Shown in pieces: positions 39,366 to 53,762 of a stretch of DNA of 64,000 bases. Made by a program: the position numbers and the translations under genes. The DNA is from Octopus bimaculoides (lineage: Eukaryota). Location of the stretch: NCBI RefSeq assembly GCF_001194135.2, contig NC_068999.1, positions 765,983-829,982 on the forward strand. The letters are read 5' to 3'. The notes beneath the pieces are model-generated. The model had not been told where the DNA came from. It did not search any database and saw only the letters and a list, made by a program, of their open reading frames with translations. Position 1 is the first letter of the stretch, and the number at the start of each line of letters is the position of its first letter.

Positions 39366-40188
39366 TTACCTGGAGGTTCGAGCCCTAATCGGTTTTAATT
39401 TGTGACCAGGAAATACGAAAGGTGAGAGTAAACTCAGCGAGCTGCAGCCCTAACGAGTCTACCAATTCGACGCCACATTCCAACCGACTGCATATTATAA
39501 ATGGTCCCACACTGATTAATAAAAATAGAATTCTCCACTAATTATAGAATATACTTTTAAAATTCCAGCATAAAATTGCCATCATGAATAACTGAAATAA
39601 CTGGCTGTTTCTTTCTTCCCAATCATTGCACACAAGAACGTTGAACAAATGTCTAAAGCCCACCAAAATATATCAGTTGTAAGTTGTAAGGAAGTCTGTG
39701 GTTATTGGTTACTTTTCCACAAATAATTACTGCTTGGCTGACTTTAAACTCCATTAAGAAGGTGGTTTATCATTAAGTTTGTCATGTCCACTGATATAAA
39801 CTATTTTAATGAGGCAAGCATTGCAATATGTCGAAATTCTCCGCGCTGTTGCTCTGAACAACCATAATGACTATATGTTGCTTGTATTCTGTCGTTTATC
39901 CATAAATAAACCGGAGCTACACAACATGTCAAACTGGATTTTGGATTAATGTTGCATACGGAAACCATGCCAGTGCACATTCTTCCTCTTCTCTCTCTAA
40001 TTATCTTAACGTTTAATTGTAATTCTGGTAAATATCATGATTATCTTCGTGCCTGGTTCCTGCTTCTCATTTGTTACAGTACTCGGTTACATTACTGACG
40101 GACATCTCATTCTGAGGATCGTTTATTTACGAGTATTTATTCTACGATCGATAGAGAAAATAAGGGCTTTTCTAGGTTGTCAGAACAT

Positions 40189-40260
40189 CTGCTAGAAATA
40201 GCAACCACATTCCTTCAAATCATGACCGATCATTTTAAAAGGAAAATGTCATATTGGACA
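40189..40260 (+). repeat. Short interspersed motif family (gctagaaatagcagccaca..ccctcaaatc)
   Basis: Related copies at about 17051-17100, 33965-34015 and 52455-52500. Confidence 0.55.
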
Positions 40261-40469
40261 TTCTAATCGGACATGCTTGCTGCAAGAAATACTAGATCGA
40301 GACTGTCACGGATTAGAGACATTGAAGCATGCATTCGCACAGTTACATACAAACTCTAGCTTAACATTAATAGCAACGAAAATAACAGGTCACAAATAAT
40401 TGCAAGAAATGGAGGACACACTGAGACTTAGACACTATATTTGGAGCTATAAAGGTATTTAAACGTTCT

Positions 40470-40835
40470 AAATTGCGGGCAAGTACCTTTCCACCCACAG
40501 AAAAAAGCGCGAAATCCCTCGAAAATTACCACACAGATCCTTTGGCCCCGATTTATACAAGGAGACTAAAATGGCATCAATCCAGTCTTTAGGCACATTC
40601 TCAGTTCTCCAAAAGTGACAAAGTAATATATGTAAGAGTTCAAACATTTTGTTACCGCCGTATTTCAAGATTTCTGCACAGATTCCATCAGAACCTGGTG
40701 ACTTATTGTTATTCCGCGTATTCACAGCTAAATAAATGTGATTTAGAGTTGGTTCAAATGCCATCTCTTCCATAACCGGAAGGTGTTCAATTTTTTCAAC
40801 TGCAATAACATTGATGCAATTTCTGGTTAAACTAC
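40470..40835 (-). mobile_element. RTE-type LINE reverse-transcriptase N-terminal remnant
   Basis: EPTLNHIYLAVNTRNNNKSPGSDGICAEILKYGG...WRTENVPKDWIDAILVSLYKSGPKDLCGNFRGIS matches the KSPGxDGI and NYRGISLL motifs of RT domains 0-1. Confidence 0.9.
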
Positions 40836-41571
40836 ATCTTCATATTCTTCTAAAATATACAGGTATATTTAATTAGCTTAGAGGTGTGAGATGTAACGAT
40901 CAGGCTAAGTGCAATGATCAGTATGTCCAACGTTGGTAGGTTTGTTTTAAGTATCAAACGAAACCGAGTTGATTATGATCTCGATCTGTGTTTGAAATAT
41001 ACGAAAGTACATTACCACATTTAAATGTTTAACCTATCATCTCTGAAGAGGATTCTTGTTAGAGGCTACAATATATTTTATAATAGCATTGGTTTTACCG
41101 TGTATAGTAGGAAAGCATTACAAAAACTAACTTTCATACATATTAAAACATTTTAAAGCTTTTTCCCACTCCCTTTTTGTTCAACGACTGCTTGGAAAAA
41201 GGATAGAAATTAGCTTCAAGCCGAAGAGCTGGGATGAATCTTTACACAAGACTGCACTTTGCTAAATGTCACCTAGAGCAAAGTGCTAGTATACAGGTCG
41301 GTCGTTCAATGTGCATAATGATGTTTAAAAAGATTGTCATAGAAGTGCACTTCACGTGTGCAAGGGGAGATGAAATGGCGTGTATCAAGTTATGTTAATG
41401 GAGTGTGATATTGGATGCTCAAGATATATTGAACTCCTAATTGGAATTCACTGTTTCCAGGAGCAGATTTTTGCAATTGACGTAACGTTCGGGTAATTTC
41501 CATTTAAAGTAACTTCTTTTGTACCGCAATCACTGGAGTTCAGAAATGAAAGAAATACTCTTTCTGTGCAG

Positions 41572-41642
41572 GAGAGTCAAAAAGTGTTTAAGGCCCTCAG
41601 TAAAAGCGCTGCTTTTCAGAGTGTCACCGCAATAGAGTCTAA
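41572..41642 (+). CDS. Candidate exon (ESQKVFKALSKSAAFQSVTAIES)
   Basis: Acceptor aaatactctttctgtgcAG and donor TAA|gtaatg. Only phase 0 is open. Confidence 0.15.
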
Positions 41643-42102
41643 GTAATGATAAGGGGGAAAGAGGGAGAACCCAAAAATGGGAGAAAGGGCAATTAGGAAA
41701 CAATGAGACAGAGAAATATCACACAAAACAAAAAGGGATGATGATGATTTGATGTATTCAGAATGGAGACGGTTACTTATCAGAGGAAAAAGAGAAACAA
41801 GTCCTGAAGTGCGTATGTGTGACGAAAATTCCAACATTTTTGATTGTAAAGGTTTGTTTATAATGACTCAGCCATTAATAAAGAAATTCAGATGTGTCTG
41901 ATGTTATGACACTATAAGTGCCGTCGATTTACCAGGTGGAAACATTACACTCAATGATTAATTAATCGGTTAATCATATTAATTAAATTGTTTAATTAGT
42001 TTATATGTGATGAAAGTTACTTTCAGTATTTGCAAGATAAATTAGTCTAAAGTTTTTAGTTTGTATACAGGAAATGTATATATATGTGTATATATATATG
42101 TT

Positions 42103-42190
<88 letters not shown>

Positions 42191-42333
42191 TGCGTGTGTG
42201 TATGTGTGTGTTTACATAGACATACACATATGTATTGCTTGTGTGTGTCTGTATATACATTCATAATTACAAATATATACTCACAACATATGTATGTATA
42301 TATATATATGTGTGTGTATAGGCATATGTACGT

Positions 42334-42421
<88 letters not shown>

Positions 42422-42726
42422 ATTTAGTTATATATAGATATACACACACATATATATATATTCATCTATGGCTTCATATGTATATGAGGTGGGGGTGCAA
42501 GTGTGTGTGTGTGTGTGTATAGGTATGTATGTGTGTCTGTGTATATTAGTGTCTGTTAGCTCTCAGCTATTCGATAGCTTTTATCGGAAGATCGTCAACG
42601 AGATTCTCTTAATAATGATTTTTAAATATTCGTCATGCTATAACTTATATCATTATACTTGCGGTTTAATGTCGAGTAAACATTTTTCTTCTTACCTTCT
42701 TTTACACATTAACATTCATGCACTTT

Positions 42727-42788
<62 letters not shown>

Positions 42789-42835
42789 NNNNNNNNNNNN
42801 NNNNNNNNNNNNNNNNNNNNNNNNNNNNNNNNNNN

Positions 42836-42872
<37 letters not shown>

Positions 42873-43005
42873 TCTCTCTCACACACATGCACAGTCGCAC
42901 ACACAAACACACACACACACATTCCCCCACAAATGGATATAAGTATAAAGGAAAATATCTACTCGATTTATAAAATACTCAATATATGAAATATAGAGTT
43001 CATAT

Positions 43006-43318
43006 TTAATCAGGCCTTCTAGCTTCTATTACTCTGTCAGTCTGAATGTTGAAGTCCCACAACATCTTATATTTCTTACTTTCTAGCAGTTTACTAGATT
43101 CAGGTTCATACAATTTATCCGTATGTTCAAGTCCTAGCATTCTACATAGCCCCCAGTGCGTTACTCTCCCTAGATTGTCATGTCTCTTCTTGTATTTCCC
43201 CTGTGCCAGCATGCTACATTCACTTACTACATGAGTAATGCTTATCACTTTTGATTTGCATAACCTGCATTGGGTGTCTCCTTGGTCTTTATCCCATTAG
43301 TCCTCCATGCTTGATCTT
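43006..43318 (-). mobile_element. R4/Dong-type non-LTR retrotransposon fragment (CCHC knuckle + REL)
   Basis: TQCRLCKSKVISITHVVSECSMLAQGKYKKRHDNLGRVTHWGLC...MLWDFNIQTDRVIEARRPD contains CxxC..H..C, RHD, and WDFxIQTD..RPD motifs. Confidence 0.92.
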
Positions 43319-43508
43319 GTTATTATTATTATCATTATTGTTGTTATTGTTATATCCTCATCATTTATAGAGTGAGTGAACCGCAAACAAGAAATACAGG
43401 ATGAATTTATGCTACGATTATTTGAGTGATAGGTGAACTTATTTTTCGTCTAACGGTTTAGAAAAAGAAAATCTTCCATGAGGTCAGAGAGTTGACAGTG
43501 TATTACTG

Positions 43509-43614
<106 letters not shown>

Positions 43615-44050
43615 TATGTATGTATATATATGTATGCATGCATATGTATATGTATACAGGTATTTGCGTGTGTATATATGTATATATATATATATATATA
43701 TATGCAGACATACGCACACACAATTATTTCCTCTATATATACTAGCGTATTAAAGAAACAGCATAGAATCCGAAGGACGGGACGAGATTCCACCCCGCAG
43801 CAAGCACATATTAAACATGGCGAAGCATTCGGTGAAATGAAAAGAAAATCAATAAGGCAACCAATCATATTAACTGCAAGGTAAAGGAAACTTCAATTAA
43901 AATATGGTAGATTGTCGATTGTTATAGAAGTTACTTTCATTGTGTAATCCAGATCGTTTCTGCACGTTTTATAGAGTATCTTTCAAAGCTGACTCGCTGC
44001 CGACACATCGTGCGTTACTAATTCTTATGGAAGATTTCTTGCGCATGTAG

Positions 44051-44140
44051 AAAGCTGATCGCTCTTGGTATTACATGAAGATATCGATTTTGGTATATGG
44101 AACAGGAAGACCTTACAATCGATTGAATCGACAGAATCAG
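44051..44140 (+). CDS. Candidate 90-nt exon (KADRSWYYMKISILVYGTGRPYNRLNRQNQ)
   Basis: Acceptor atttcttgcgcatgtAG and donor CAG|gtaact, phase 0->0. No homology recognised. Confidence 0.15.
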
Positions 44141-44172
44141 GTAACTACCCCATCATGCCAGCATAGCTTATG

Positions 44173-44209
<37 letters not shown>

Positions 44210-44561
44210 NNNNNNNNNNNNNNNNNNNNNNNNNNNNNNNNNNNNNNNNNNNNNNNNNNNNNNNNNNNNNNNNNNNNNNNNNNNNNNNNNNNNNNNNNNN
44301 NNNNNNNNNNNNNNNNNNNNNNNNNNNNNNNNNNNNNNNNNNNNNNNNNNNNNNNNNNNNNNNNNNNNNNNNNNNNNNNNNNNNNNNNNNNNNNNNNNNN
44401 NNNNNNNNNNNNNNNNNNNNNNNNNNNNNNNNNNNNNNNNNNNNNNNNNNNNNNNNNNNNNNNNNNNNNNNNNNNNNNNNNNNNNNNNNNNNNNNNNNNN
44501 NNNNNNNNNNNNNNNNNNNNNNNNNGCTTGTGAATGCGCCTGTGAATGTGCATGTATGTGC

Positions 44562-44604
<43 letters not shown>

Positions 44605-47600
44605 TGTGTGTGTGTGTGTGTGTATTCTGTAAAATGTGAAGAGAGTGGCTGCGCAACGATTATGTAATGGCTGTATTTCAAGTATTGTCAATTATTGTAC
44701 CATTTTTTTGTTTTTTTTAATGTATTTCGTTATTCTTATTAACAAAACTGTACCTTCTTGATCCCCTGCTAATTGTACTATTTCGCCTGACTGGTCATAG
44801 CAATTAAATACCGCTCAGCCGAATATGTTTTCAAATTTATGATCAGTTTAACAGACTTAAATCTTATTTTCATCAACCGACTCATATGTTATGTAACAAA
44901 TAATACACTCGTAGGATTGTGGATGATGGGTTATAAACATTTGGTCAATTTCCGTGGTACTTGCAGCTCTACGAATGGATAAAACTTTATCCTTCGCTGC
45001 AGATGTATTCCGTACTCTGATCGTGTTTCAAATCAGGATATCTGAGGTAGTGAATGAACAAGGATGTCATTAAATCTGTCGCGCATGTTGCAGGTTTTTC
45101 CTAACTTTAAATGTGGTATGCGATAAACGACGTTCGTCTGCGGAAATGACTGTTGCACAGATTTGAGTTCAATAATTAGAGAATTCATAATCAGTACCTG
45201 GTTTGATTTGTTCGACTAAAGAGAGTTCCATTACGGCCGCAGTTTAGTAACTACAGAAAGTAAAATTCTAAGGGAATACAAGCTTCTCTCTAACTATGTA
45301 ACTTCAGCCTAATTTAATCATTATTTCCGATGTGGATCATTAGATTATGAATTAAATTATGGTCAGGTTATATCCTGAGATTTCAAGAATATATACTAAA
45401 CCTCTTAATCTGTCATATCAATCTAAACCACTCGTGCTTATAGACATTAGGCTATAGTTTTATTCTATATACGTTTGATTGCTTGTTGCAATTCTTCATA
45501 AGAGTTTCTTATTTAATTTCTCTTTCTTTGCTTCAAGGTTATTTATAAATCCATGCGACAGACTCTCGATTGTGAATCTAATAGTGCTATTCATCAGTTC
45601 TGAGATGTATCCATCGTAAAACAATACATTCATAAATGTATAACAGATAAAGTCAATTGGTTATACGAACTATGGGTATGCAGTGCTCATGTAGTTGGTA
45701 AGATCTATTACTAGCTCGTAACTTATGAGAAACAAATTTTCTATAATTTTATTTATTAATTAGGAGGCATTCTAGTACCCATAGCATTTTGCAGGGTCTC
45801 CGAGTTTCGCTGCAGCGATATAGGAAGGGTTCCTCAAGTCAGAACCCTGGCTACAATATTTGTAACAAAGTCAACTCCACTAAAAGTAACCTGGGTTCCA
45901 TGATCGGGTGTTAAACTTGCTATCCAAGAAGATCATAGCATGATTTGAACCAAGAATGACAAAGAGATGGGGCAAATGTGATTAGGTTTCCAGCCTGGAA
46001 TTCTTACAGATTCATCAATCCATTAAGATCAATGGGCACATTTTTTTCAATTCCGCTAAAATAAAAGGTAAATATGACTTCGATGGAATTTCTACTCAGG
46101 GAAACGAAGCTAATACCATAAATATTCTTATCCAGCACGCTAACCACACGGCTTCTTTCACTACAGTTTGAAACCTGCCTCGCAAAATGTTCAATAAAGA
46201 AGATAAGAAAGAGTAAACTAATGAAACCCGCCATATACATACGTTGCTACGCCTCGAATATTTAAAAAGCCAAGAATACACACTAATGATGGAGCGGATT
46301 TTCCTGGCTCTGCCTACTTAATGTATTACACATCCAATGGATATCGATAACACACTGCAACTTGTTGGAATAAAACTATATTATTTGCATTTAGATTAAT
46401 CTGATTTCCTGGTCGGACGCTTTCACGCTTAATTTCATTTTCTCTTGCATTGACCATTACGAAACTTCAAGTTCAGCATGAGACATGTATTCGAAGCATT
46501 TCTCGCACCCTGTTTCTCCCTCTCTCTCGCCTCTCTCTCTCTGTCGCACTCCGTCTTTCTAGCTTTCTTTCTATCTGTATCTCACTATCGCTGTCTCTCC
46601 CTCTCTCTTCCTCTCTCTCCTCAACTAACTGCTTCACCCCGCACAGCCTCGCTCTCGTATAGAGTTTCAGCTTACAATAAATTTTCATTGTGCATATTTA
46701 AGCATGTGTGTCAATATGTGTGTATGTATGTGTGTGAGCGCGTTTGTTTGTGTGTACGTGTGAGTCTCCTGTGTGTCTGTGTAATATGATCATTTGTGTA
46801 TGAACATTCATAATTCTTCTACATGTGTATATACATTAAAATGTGTGTGTACGAGTGTGTGTATGTGTTTGTGTGCTTGTGCCTGTGTCTGTGAGCGTGT
46901 AAGTAGATGTATGAATACGTCTTCGATCATCATCATCGCGAAGAGATATACAACGATGGAAATATAGTGTTTCGTGGCAACACGAAGGTCGTCCTTTGCA
47001 AATTAATGATGGTGGCACAAACAAGTAGTTGGGATCATTTCTAATGTAATAAATGTAGATGGCTTCAAGGTGAAGTTTGTGACTTGGACAGTGTGGAAAA
47101 GAGAAGAACACGTTGGACGCTACCAACTCAATAAATGCAAAGCTAAACCAATTGAATGGTAAAAGCAACAGAAAGAAAAAAAATGTAGTGGTTTAAAAGA
47201 GGGTGAATATGTTGAGAGTGGTAATCTCTTCCTGAATATATATATATATATATANNNNNNNNNNNNNNNNNNNNNNNNNNNNNNNNNNNNNNNNNNNNNN
47301 NNNNNNNNNNNNNNNNNNNNNNNNNNNNNNNNNNNNNNNNNNNNNNNNNNNNNNNNNNNNNNNNNNNNNNNNNNNNNNNNNNNNNNNNNNNNNNNNNNNN
47401 NNNNNNNNNNNNNNNNNNNNNNNNNNNNNNNNNNNNNNNNNNNNNNNNNNNNNNNNNNNNNNNNNNNNNNNNNNNNNNNNNNNNNNNNNNNNNNNNNNNN
47501 NNNNNNNNNNNNNNNNNNNNNNNNNNNNNNNNNNNNNNNNNNNNNNNNNNNNNNNNNNNNNNNNNNNNNNNNNNNNNNNNNNNNNNNNNNNNNNNNNNNN

Positions 47601-47786
47601 NNNNNNNNNNNNNNNNNNNNNNNNNNNNNNNNNNNNNNNNNNNNNNNNNNNNNNNNNNNNNNNNNNNNNNNNNNNNNNNNNNNNNNNNNNNNNNNNNNNN
47701 NNNNNNNNNNNNNNNNNNNNNNNNNNNNNNNNNNNNNNNNNNNNNNNNNNNNNNNNNNNNNNNNNNNNNNNNNNNNNNNNNNNNNN

Positions 47787-47827
<41 letters not shown>

Positions 47828-48460
47828 ATCCTGATAGGGTATAAAGACAATGCACCACTCAACCTGACCTTTAGCCAATCTACACTCGTGGATTTTAGTC
47901 TTACGTAAGATCAAAGATCTTCAAGTGTAGAGAATCGAGGAATCGCAAAAGTCAAACCGTTGTTTGCGGTTAAGAACGAGTAAAGTATAATAGAAATAAG
48001 AAGAAAAACAAAGCGTTTATCACATCTTTAATGAATAGTTACAATTATTTCTGTAACATTTCTGCTTTCAACGCCAACTCAAACGCAAAGCAATATTTAT
48101 TTAATATTTGCGGTTTTAAACATTACAGTTTAAACTTCTTCGAGCCTGCATCAGAAGCTTGCTGTTACACCGCATCTTCGATGCAAATATTGCCACAAGT
48201 ATTACGTAGCATTTTAAAGGGAACTTTTCCTCGAATTGGCGTTAAAACAGAGCTGTTAGAGAAAGATATGCAACTGGTCTACAAAGAAGTAATAAGCTCT
48301 TCCATTGTCTTCATATTTGGATGATACATATGTGTGTGTGACTGCGTGCGTATGCGTATGAATGTACATATACACATTCATACGTACAAGTACGCATACA
48401 CACACACATATATATATATAAGTACATAGACGTGTCAGTTTTCTCCCGTGTTCTGTACAA

Positions 48461-48519
<59 letters not shown>

Positions 48520-48805
48520 NNNNNNNNNNNNNNNNNNNNNNNNNNNNNNNNNNNNNNNNNNNNNNNNNNNNNNNNNNNNNNNNNNNNNNNNNNNNNNNNN
48601 NNNNNNNNNNNNNNNNNNNNNNNNNNNNNNNNNNNNNNNNNNNNNNNNNNNNNNNNNNNNNNNNNNNNNNNNNNNNNNNNNNNNNNNNNNNNNNNNNNNN
48701 NNNNNNNNNNNNNNNNNNNNNNNNNNNNNNNNNNNNNNNNNNNNNNNNNNNNNNNNNNNNNNNNNNNNNNNNNNNNNNNNNNNNNNNNNNNNNNNNNNNN
48801 NNNNN

Positions 48806-48871
<66 letters not shown>

Positions 48872-51800
48872 TGTGTCTCTGTGTGTAGGTACATGTGAGT
48901 GCGTGTGCGTGAGTGTGTGTGTATGTGTAATTGCACCCCTTCAAATAAGATTGTGCGTATGGTTGCGTGCATTTACATCCGTGTGTGAATATTATGCGTT
49001 TTAATAATTGTGTGCTGTAATATATCTGTAGGCTTAGAGAACGCGGTCGCCATGATTATTAGAATATGACGTCACCTTTACTTGAATCCCCATCAGCGCA
49101 CACATCTCGACCTCTACTTGCACCAACAACAGCAGTAACAACAACAGCAACAACAACAACAACAACAACAACAACAGCAGCAGCAGTAACAGCAACACCA
49201 ACAACAATAATGACAACAACGATGATGACAATGAGAATATTAAAAAGATGACGATTTCTGCGAGAAATCTTATTAAGCGAGGCTACGCCATTTTTCAATT
49301 ACATAATTTTGTTTAGAAATCTCATCATGCAGAGATGTCAATAAATCTCTTCCGGACTGTCGAAAAAAAGGTCAAGGGTCACAGACAGATAAAGATAGCT
49401 TTGGTCACTGCAAGTCATTGGCATTTCTTTACCATTATCTTTGGATAACATTGGCAAGGAAATTCGAGAGAGAAATTGAAATTTCTCAAACTATGAAATG
49501 TCAGATCATAACGATGAAATGAAAGCCACTAATATGATATTTTGATATAGTAAAGAGTATTGCATTATGGTTAGAACGGTCGTTTGGGAACCTCGTCGAC
49601 CTGGTTTGTAGTTCAATCCAGATCCACATCCAAATGAGAAGTAGTCTGCTACAGTTAGTCTCAGGTCAAACATATGAAATATCTAATGATTGGTACATCA
49701 GGGCTGGAACGTAATACCATTGCTGTGTGTGTGTGCCACGCGCATGTGTGTGTTTGTGTGTATGTGTTCGTCTGTGTGTGTGTGGGGGGGAAGTTTCTGA
49801 GTGTGTGTCTTTGTATGTATTTATACATACCTGTAAATATACACGTTGAGATACAAGCGCCCAGACAAACGCACGTACATACGTACATGCGTACTCACTT
49901 CAAACGTTACTTGCTGCAGTCGGGGGACACCCCTTTCATCGACTAGAGCTCTAAAAAGTCCTTGCCGATTGGAATCAGCCTAAGCACGGTTATTTATTCT
50001 CCAGGACTTACGCCCTTAATATTTGCCAATACATACACACATGCATTGTATATGTGTGTGCATGTGTGTATTTATATATACATTCATATATATGTGTGCA
50101 TATATATGTGTGCATATATGTGTATGTGAGAGAGAGAGTGTACATATATGCGTTCATATGTATATGCGTCTTTCTGTTACATATCTGTAAAAACGCGAGT
50201 CTCATATCGAAGCAATAATTGAAAACTCGTGACCAATAAGCACGGGTAAAACGTCATCGATGCCAATACGATGTTGTTTATTATCGAACTCCTTAAAATG
50301 CGACGACTATAGTTACACTTGTATTTACACTCATATTAAAATCATATTAAAATCATATAAAAACCATATTACTCGGCGAATTTTTTCTATGTGTAACAAC
50401 ACTGTATTTGTAAGTAGTTTTCATGGTGACAATTACAATTTTAAACTACAGCCAAATGGAAAAGGAAAAATAAACGTGACATAAAATATTACGATGATGT
50501 GAATTTATACTTTAGTTAAAAAATATTTGAAATTGAATTAAAATATATAAATGCAAATTTTAAAAAAGTTATAATGGAATACTAGTAAATTTATTCATGT
50601 TAATATCAACAATACTGTTAATACTATTAATAATATTATAAATAGTGTATAAATGTGTGTGTTTTTTATGCTCTGACCTAAGAACGAACCTTAACGGATT
50701 CGGTATAATTTTATTTTATATGACATTCAACCTCAACTGAATTTGTCGATAATCAAATTAAGCCCCGGAGAAAAGCAAAATTATCGAAAATTATCCTCCA
50801 TTGAAGCTCATAGGTTTTTCTTCTTATTTTTTTTTTATTTCACTGAAGACAGAAAATTTACAAAGTAGAAAGAAAACAAAAGAAATAGTGAGTAGAAACA
50901 AAAGCACATGAGTATTCTTGAACATTCGGAACATTCCCCGAGGGCAAGAAATGGCGAAGATTCTGCTCTGAAGATAATCACATTAATGGCGGTGTTTAGA
51001 TTTATATTTTGATTAAACGCCATTTTAACTGCATTAAATATCTCTATGAATAATGTGTGAACTGCGGAGTGAAACAATAAACTAGAACATTAAAATCATA
51101 TTTACTGAATTACACTAACAGTAATAAGTTTAAAATTCTCTGTTTTCAAAGTAATTGTTTATGTTGCTATGGTAACTATAACAGTAAGAGAAAAAGTGAA
51201 AACCGTTGCAAGTAGTGGAAAATAAAAGACGATAGCTGCACCAAAGACAAGTGCACCAAATAAAAACAACGGCAGTGAGAATAGGAACAACAATGAAACA
51301 ATTACATCAGAACAACAATGACAACAATGAAACAATGACAACAACAATAACAACGATAATAATGACAGTAACAACAGCAACAACAACAACAGTAGTAAGA
51401 ACATCAACAATAATAATAAAAGCAGCAACACCAGTGAATCTAGCAGCATAAATACAAGAATAGAACAATAGCGACACCGGGAAGAGAGACAGAAACAACC
51501 TCATGAAACATAAATCAACAGCGACACCACGGCAAAAGTACGGCCACGATAAGAAAGGTAAAGAAGAGGAAAAATTAATAGAGAATGGAAGAAAATAAGT
51601 GCACGGGCAGCATTCGCAAAAGTAGGTGAAAGAAGAACAACAGCAAGAAAGAGGAATTTGTTCAGCGAATGAAGAACAGCAGCAACAGAAATTGCAGCAG
51701 TAAAATGGAAAGCAGCAACAATGGAAAAAAAGCGCAGCCAAAAAGTAGACAAACAGAGGTAACAATCACAAAAAAATCAAAACCTTACGGACTGAAATCA

Positions 51801-51924
51801 TAAACGGGGGTGCGTCAAACAAAATACATATTGGTATTTAGTGGCACATTTTTGAGTTCTCTATTAAAATGCTACCGAGATTCTACAGGGATGAATAATG
51901 AAAATTACAACTGATAGCATAAAT

Positions 51925-52065
51925 AGAGGCACAGGCATGACTGTGTAGAGAAAGGTTTGCTATCCAACTACATGTTTCCAGGTTCAGTTTTTGATTTACT
52001 AAAATACTTAAATCTGATGCTCCAGCATGGCCGCGGTCCAGCGAATGAAACCAGTAAAATAAGGA
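51925..52065 (+). mobile_element. SINE family 3: tRNA-like head joined to 3' end (internal deletion)
   Basis: Head ggcacaggcatgactgtgtag..aggtttgctatccaactacatgtttccaggttcagt followed by tgatgctccagcatggccgcggtc..tgaaaccagtaaaa. Confidence 0.65.
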
Positions 52066-52681
52066 AATATCAACAAAAAGTGTTAATATCAGTGAATATC
52101 ATCAATATGGTGTATTGATTGGTGATTTTGTGCCAGGTTGCCAATATTGTGGTGTTTGTTCACTTGGCCTGACGCCCTAAACAAATGCAGTTCTGAGCGA
52201 ATTAGATCAACAGTTCGGTTACTTTTGAACATGTGACTGTAAAGGGAAATAAATTAGTTTCAACTGTGAATCAACAGCGGGTTTGTAGACCGGGTCATGC
52301 CAAAAGAGAATTAAGAGAAGAGTAAAAAAGAAAGAACGAAGAGTTAGAATCTACTTTGATATTCTGATTCCGTAAACACGGAACAGCGCCAACAAATGCT
52401 ATAGCATTAATGCATGCCAAACGAACGAGGAAATCTTCATGTGGTCTTCCGAACTTTTAGAAATAGCAGCCACATATCCCTAAAATAAAACGTTATACAC
52501 TTAGCAAAACGAAAAGTTATTTTATAATATACTCACAGCGTAATTACAAGTGAACTAAGCAACGATGTTCATGATAAAAGTTTGTTCGGTTTTATTTGAC
52601 CAGATTTGTAGACTCTGAATTCCGGAAAGGCTGTCACTGCGATAAATATCTTGGCAGATACATTCTCATTGTAATCATATA

Positions 52682-52797
52682 GGTCATTGTGTGTGAAAAC
52701 ACACAATACCGGGCGATAAGTGATGTCTTCGTTCAGTGAAGTACATGTTTCTGCATCTTTACACACCATCTGCTACAGTGTGTAAAGATGCAGAACA
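52682..52797. other. Two adjacent inverted-repeat hairpins
   Basis: attgtgtgt-GAAA-acacacaat (52686-52707) and ttctgcatctttacacac-11 nt-gtgtgtaaagatgcagaa (52749-52795, perfect 18 bp). Confidence 0.9.
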
Positions 52798-53498
52798 GCA
52801 TAAAAACCCGATTCTGTTTATTTACATTGAGCTTGAAATTTCCAAAACTGCTAAAACGTTTGCTGAGCAACGATGTCAGTGGTTACAATTCCAATTTACT
52901 CGTTTACTCATTTTCAAGAGGAATATTTTCTATATTTTTTTATGTAAGTAATTTTGGAGGAAATTACCCTAATATCGATATCTGATCGAAAATGGATCTT
53001 TAAAATAAAACTTTACAATTAAATAGTGTTTTGTTCTTGTTTCTGGGCAGTTTAAATATTTTTGTAAACCTGTTTTGGTTTAACTGTCATGAGAATGTTG
53101 AAACCGTAGAATATTAATCAATATGTTGAAAAATTTGTTTCCGTATTCCGATAACCCATGCTAATAACCGTTTTCCTAACATGTAATGGTTAATGGTTCC
53201 ATCTAACTCGCTGTAAGCGGGTATCGTAGGAAGCGAAAATTGGCTGGATTTAATGAAATGATCTACGATTGAAAGATGGAGTTTGTCGGTGGCTGATATA
53301 TTGCCTTACTAGGCTTTGCTTGTGTGTCTTGTGAATGTTCAAGTTATTGATTTACAGAAGAAATAGTGTTCTATCGAGGAACATTATGTTCGGAGACAGA
53401 CATACGTATATAACTTAATAGGAATAGATTCAGTGAGTCGAACGATTTGTCTCTGGGTTGTGAATTGGCGCTTACAGCAATTCCACTGTCTTTTACAG

Positions 53499-53596
53499 GT
53501 TACAGTCAATATCTACAGATAGTTACTGCAGGATAGAAAACATCCCAGAGGCATGCAACGCGATATATTCTGGAACCACCATATTGGTTTTCGATT
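53499..53596 (+). CDS. Candidate exon (LQSISTDSYCRIENIPEACNAIYSGTTILVFD)
   Basis: Acceptor ttccactgtcttttacAG. Donor ATT|gtaagg, with an alternative CTG|gtgaga after 53618. Only phase 2 is open. Confidence 0.3.
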
Positions 53597-53762
53597 GTAA
53601 GGCTGTTTCCCCCTGCTGGTGAGATATTCAGCTTGTTCGTATTATATTTTAATGCATATGTTATTGGTTCACACAAAGGGGCTGCATTGTATTTGAAGAA
53701 CGTCTTGTCTGCTTATTGTGATACCGATTTCGAAATAATATTTCAGAAATTACATTATTCAG

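Noticed and set aside
50225-50247. Helitron-like 3' hairpin actcgtg/cacgggt (also gcgggaatagctat on the minus strand at 60923-60940)
   Set aside because: The first lacks a downstream CTRR and the second lacks a convincing hairpin partner.
51159-51765. Overlapping Leu/Cys/Phe-rich minus ORFs (96-152 aa)
   Set aside because: They are the antisense of a degenerate A-rich (AAC/AAG/AGC) low-complexity tract.
52569-52769. 66-aa minus ORF that looks protein-like
   Set aside because: No recognisable homology or good splice sites, and part of it derives from the inverted repeats.
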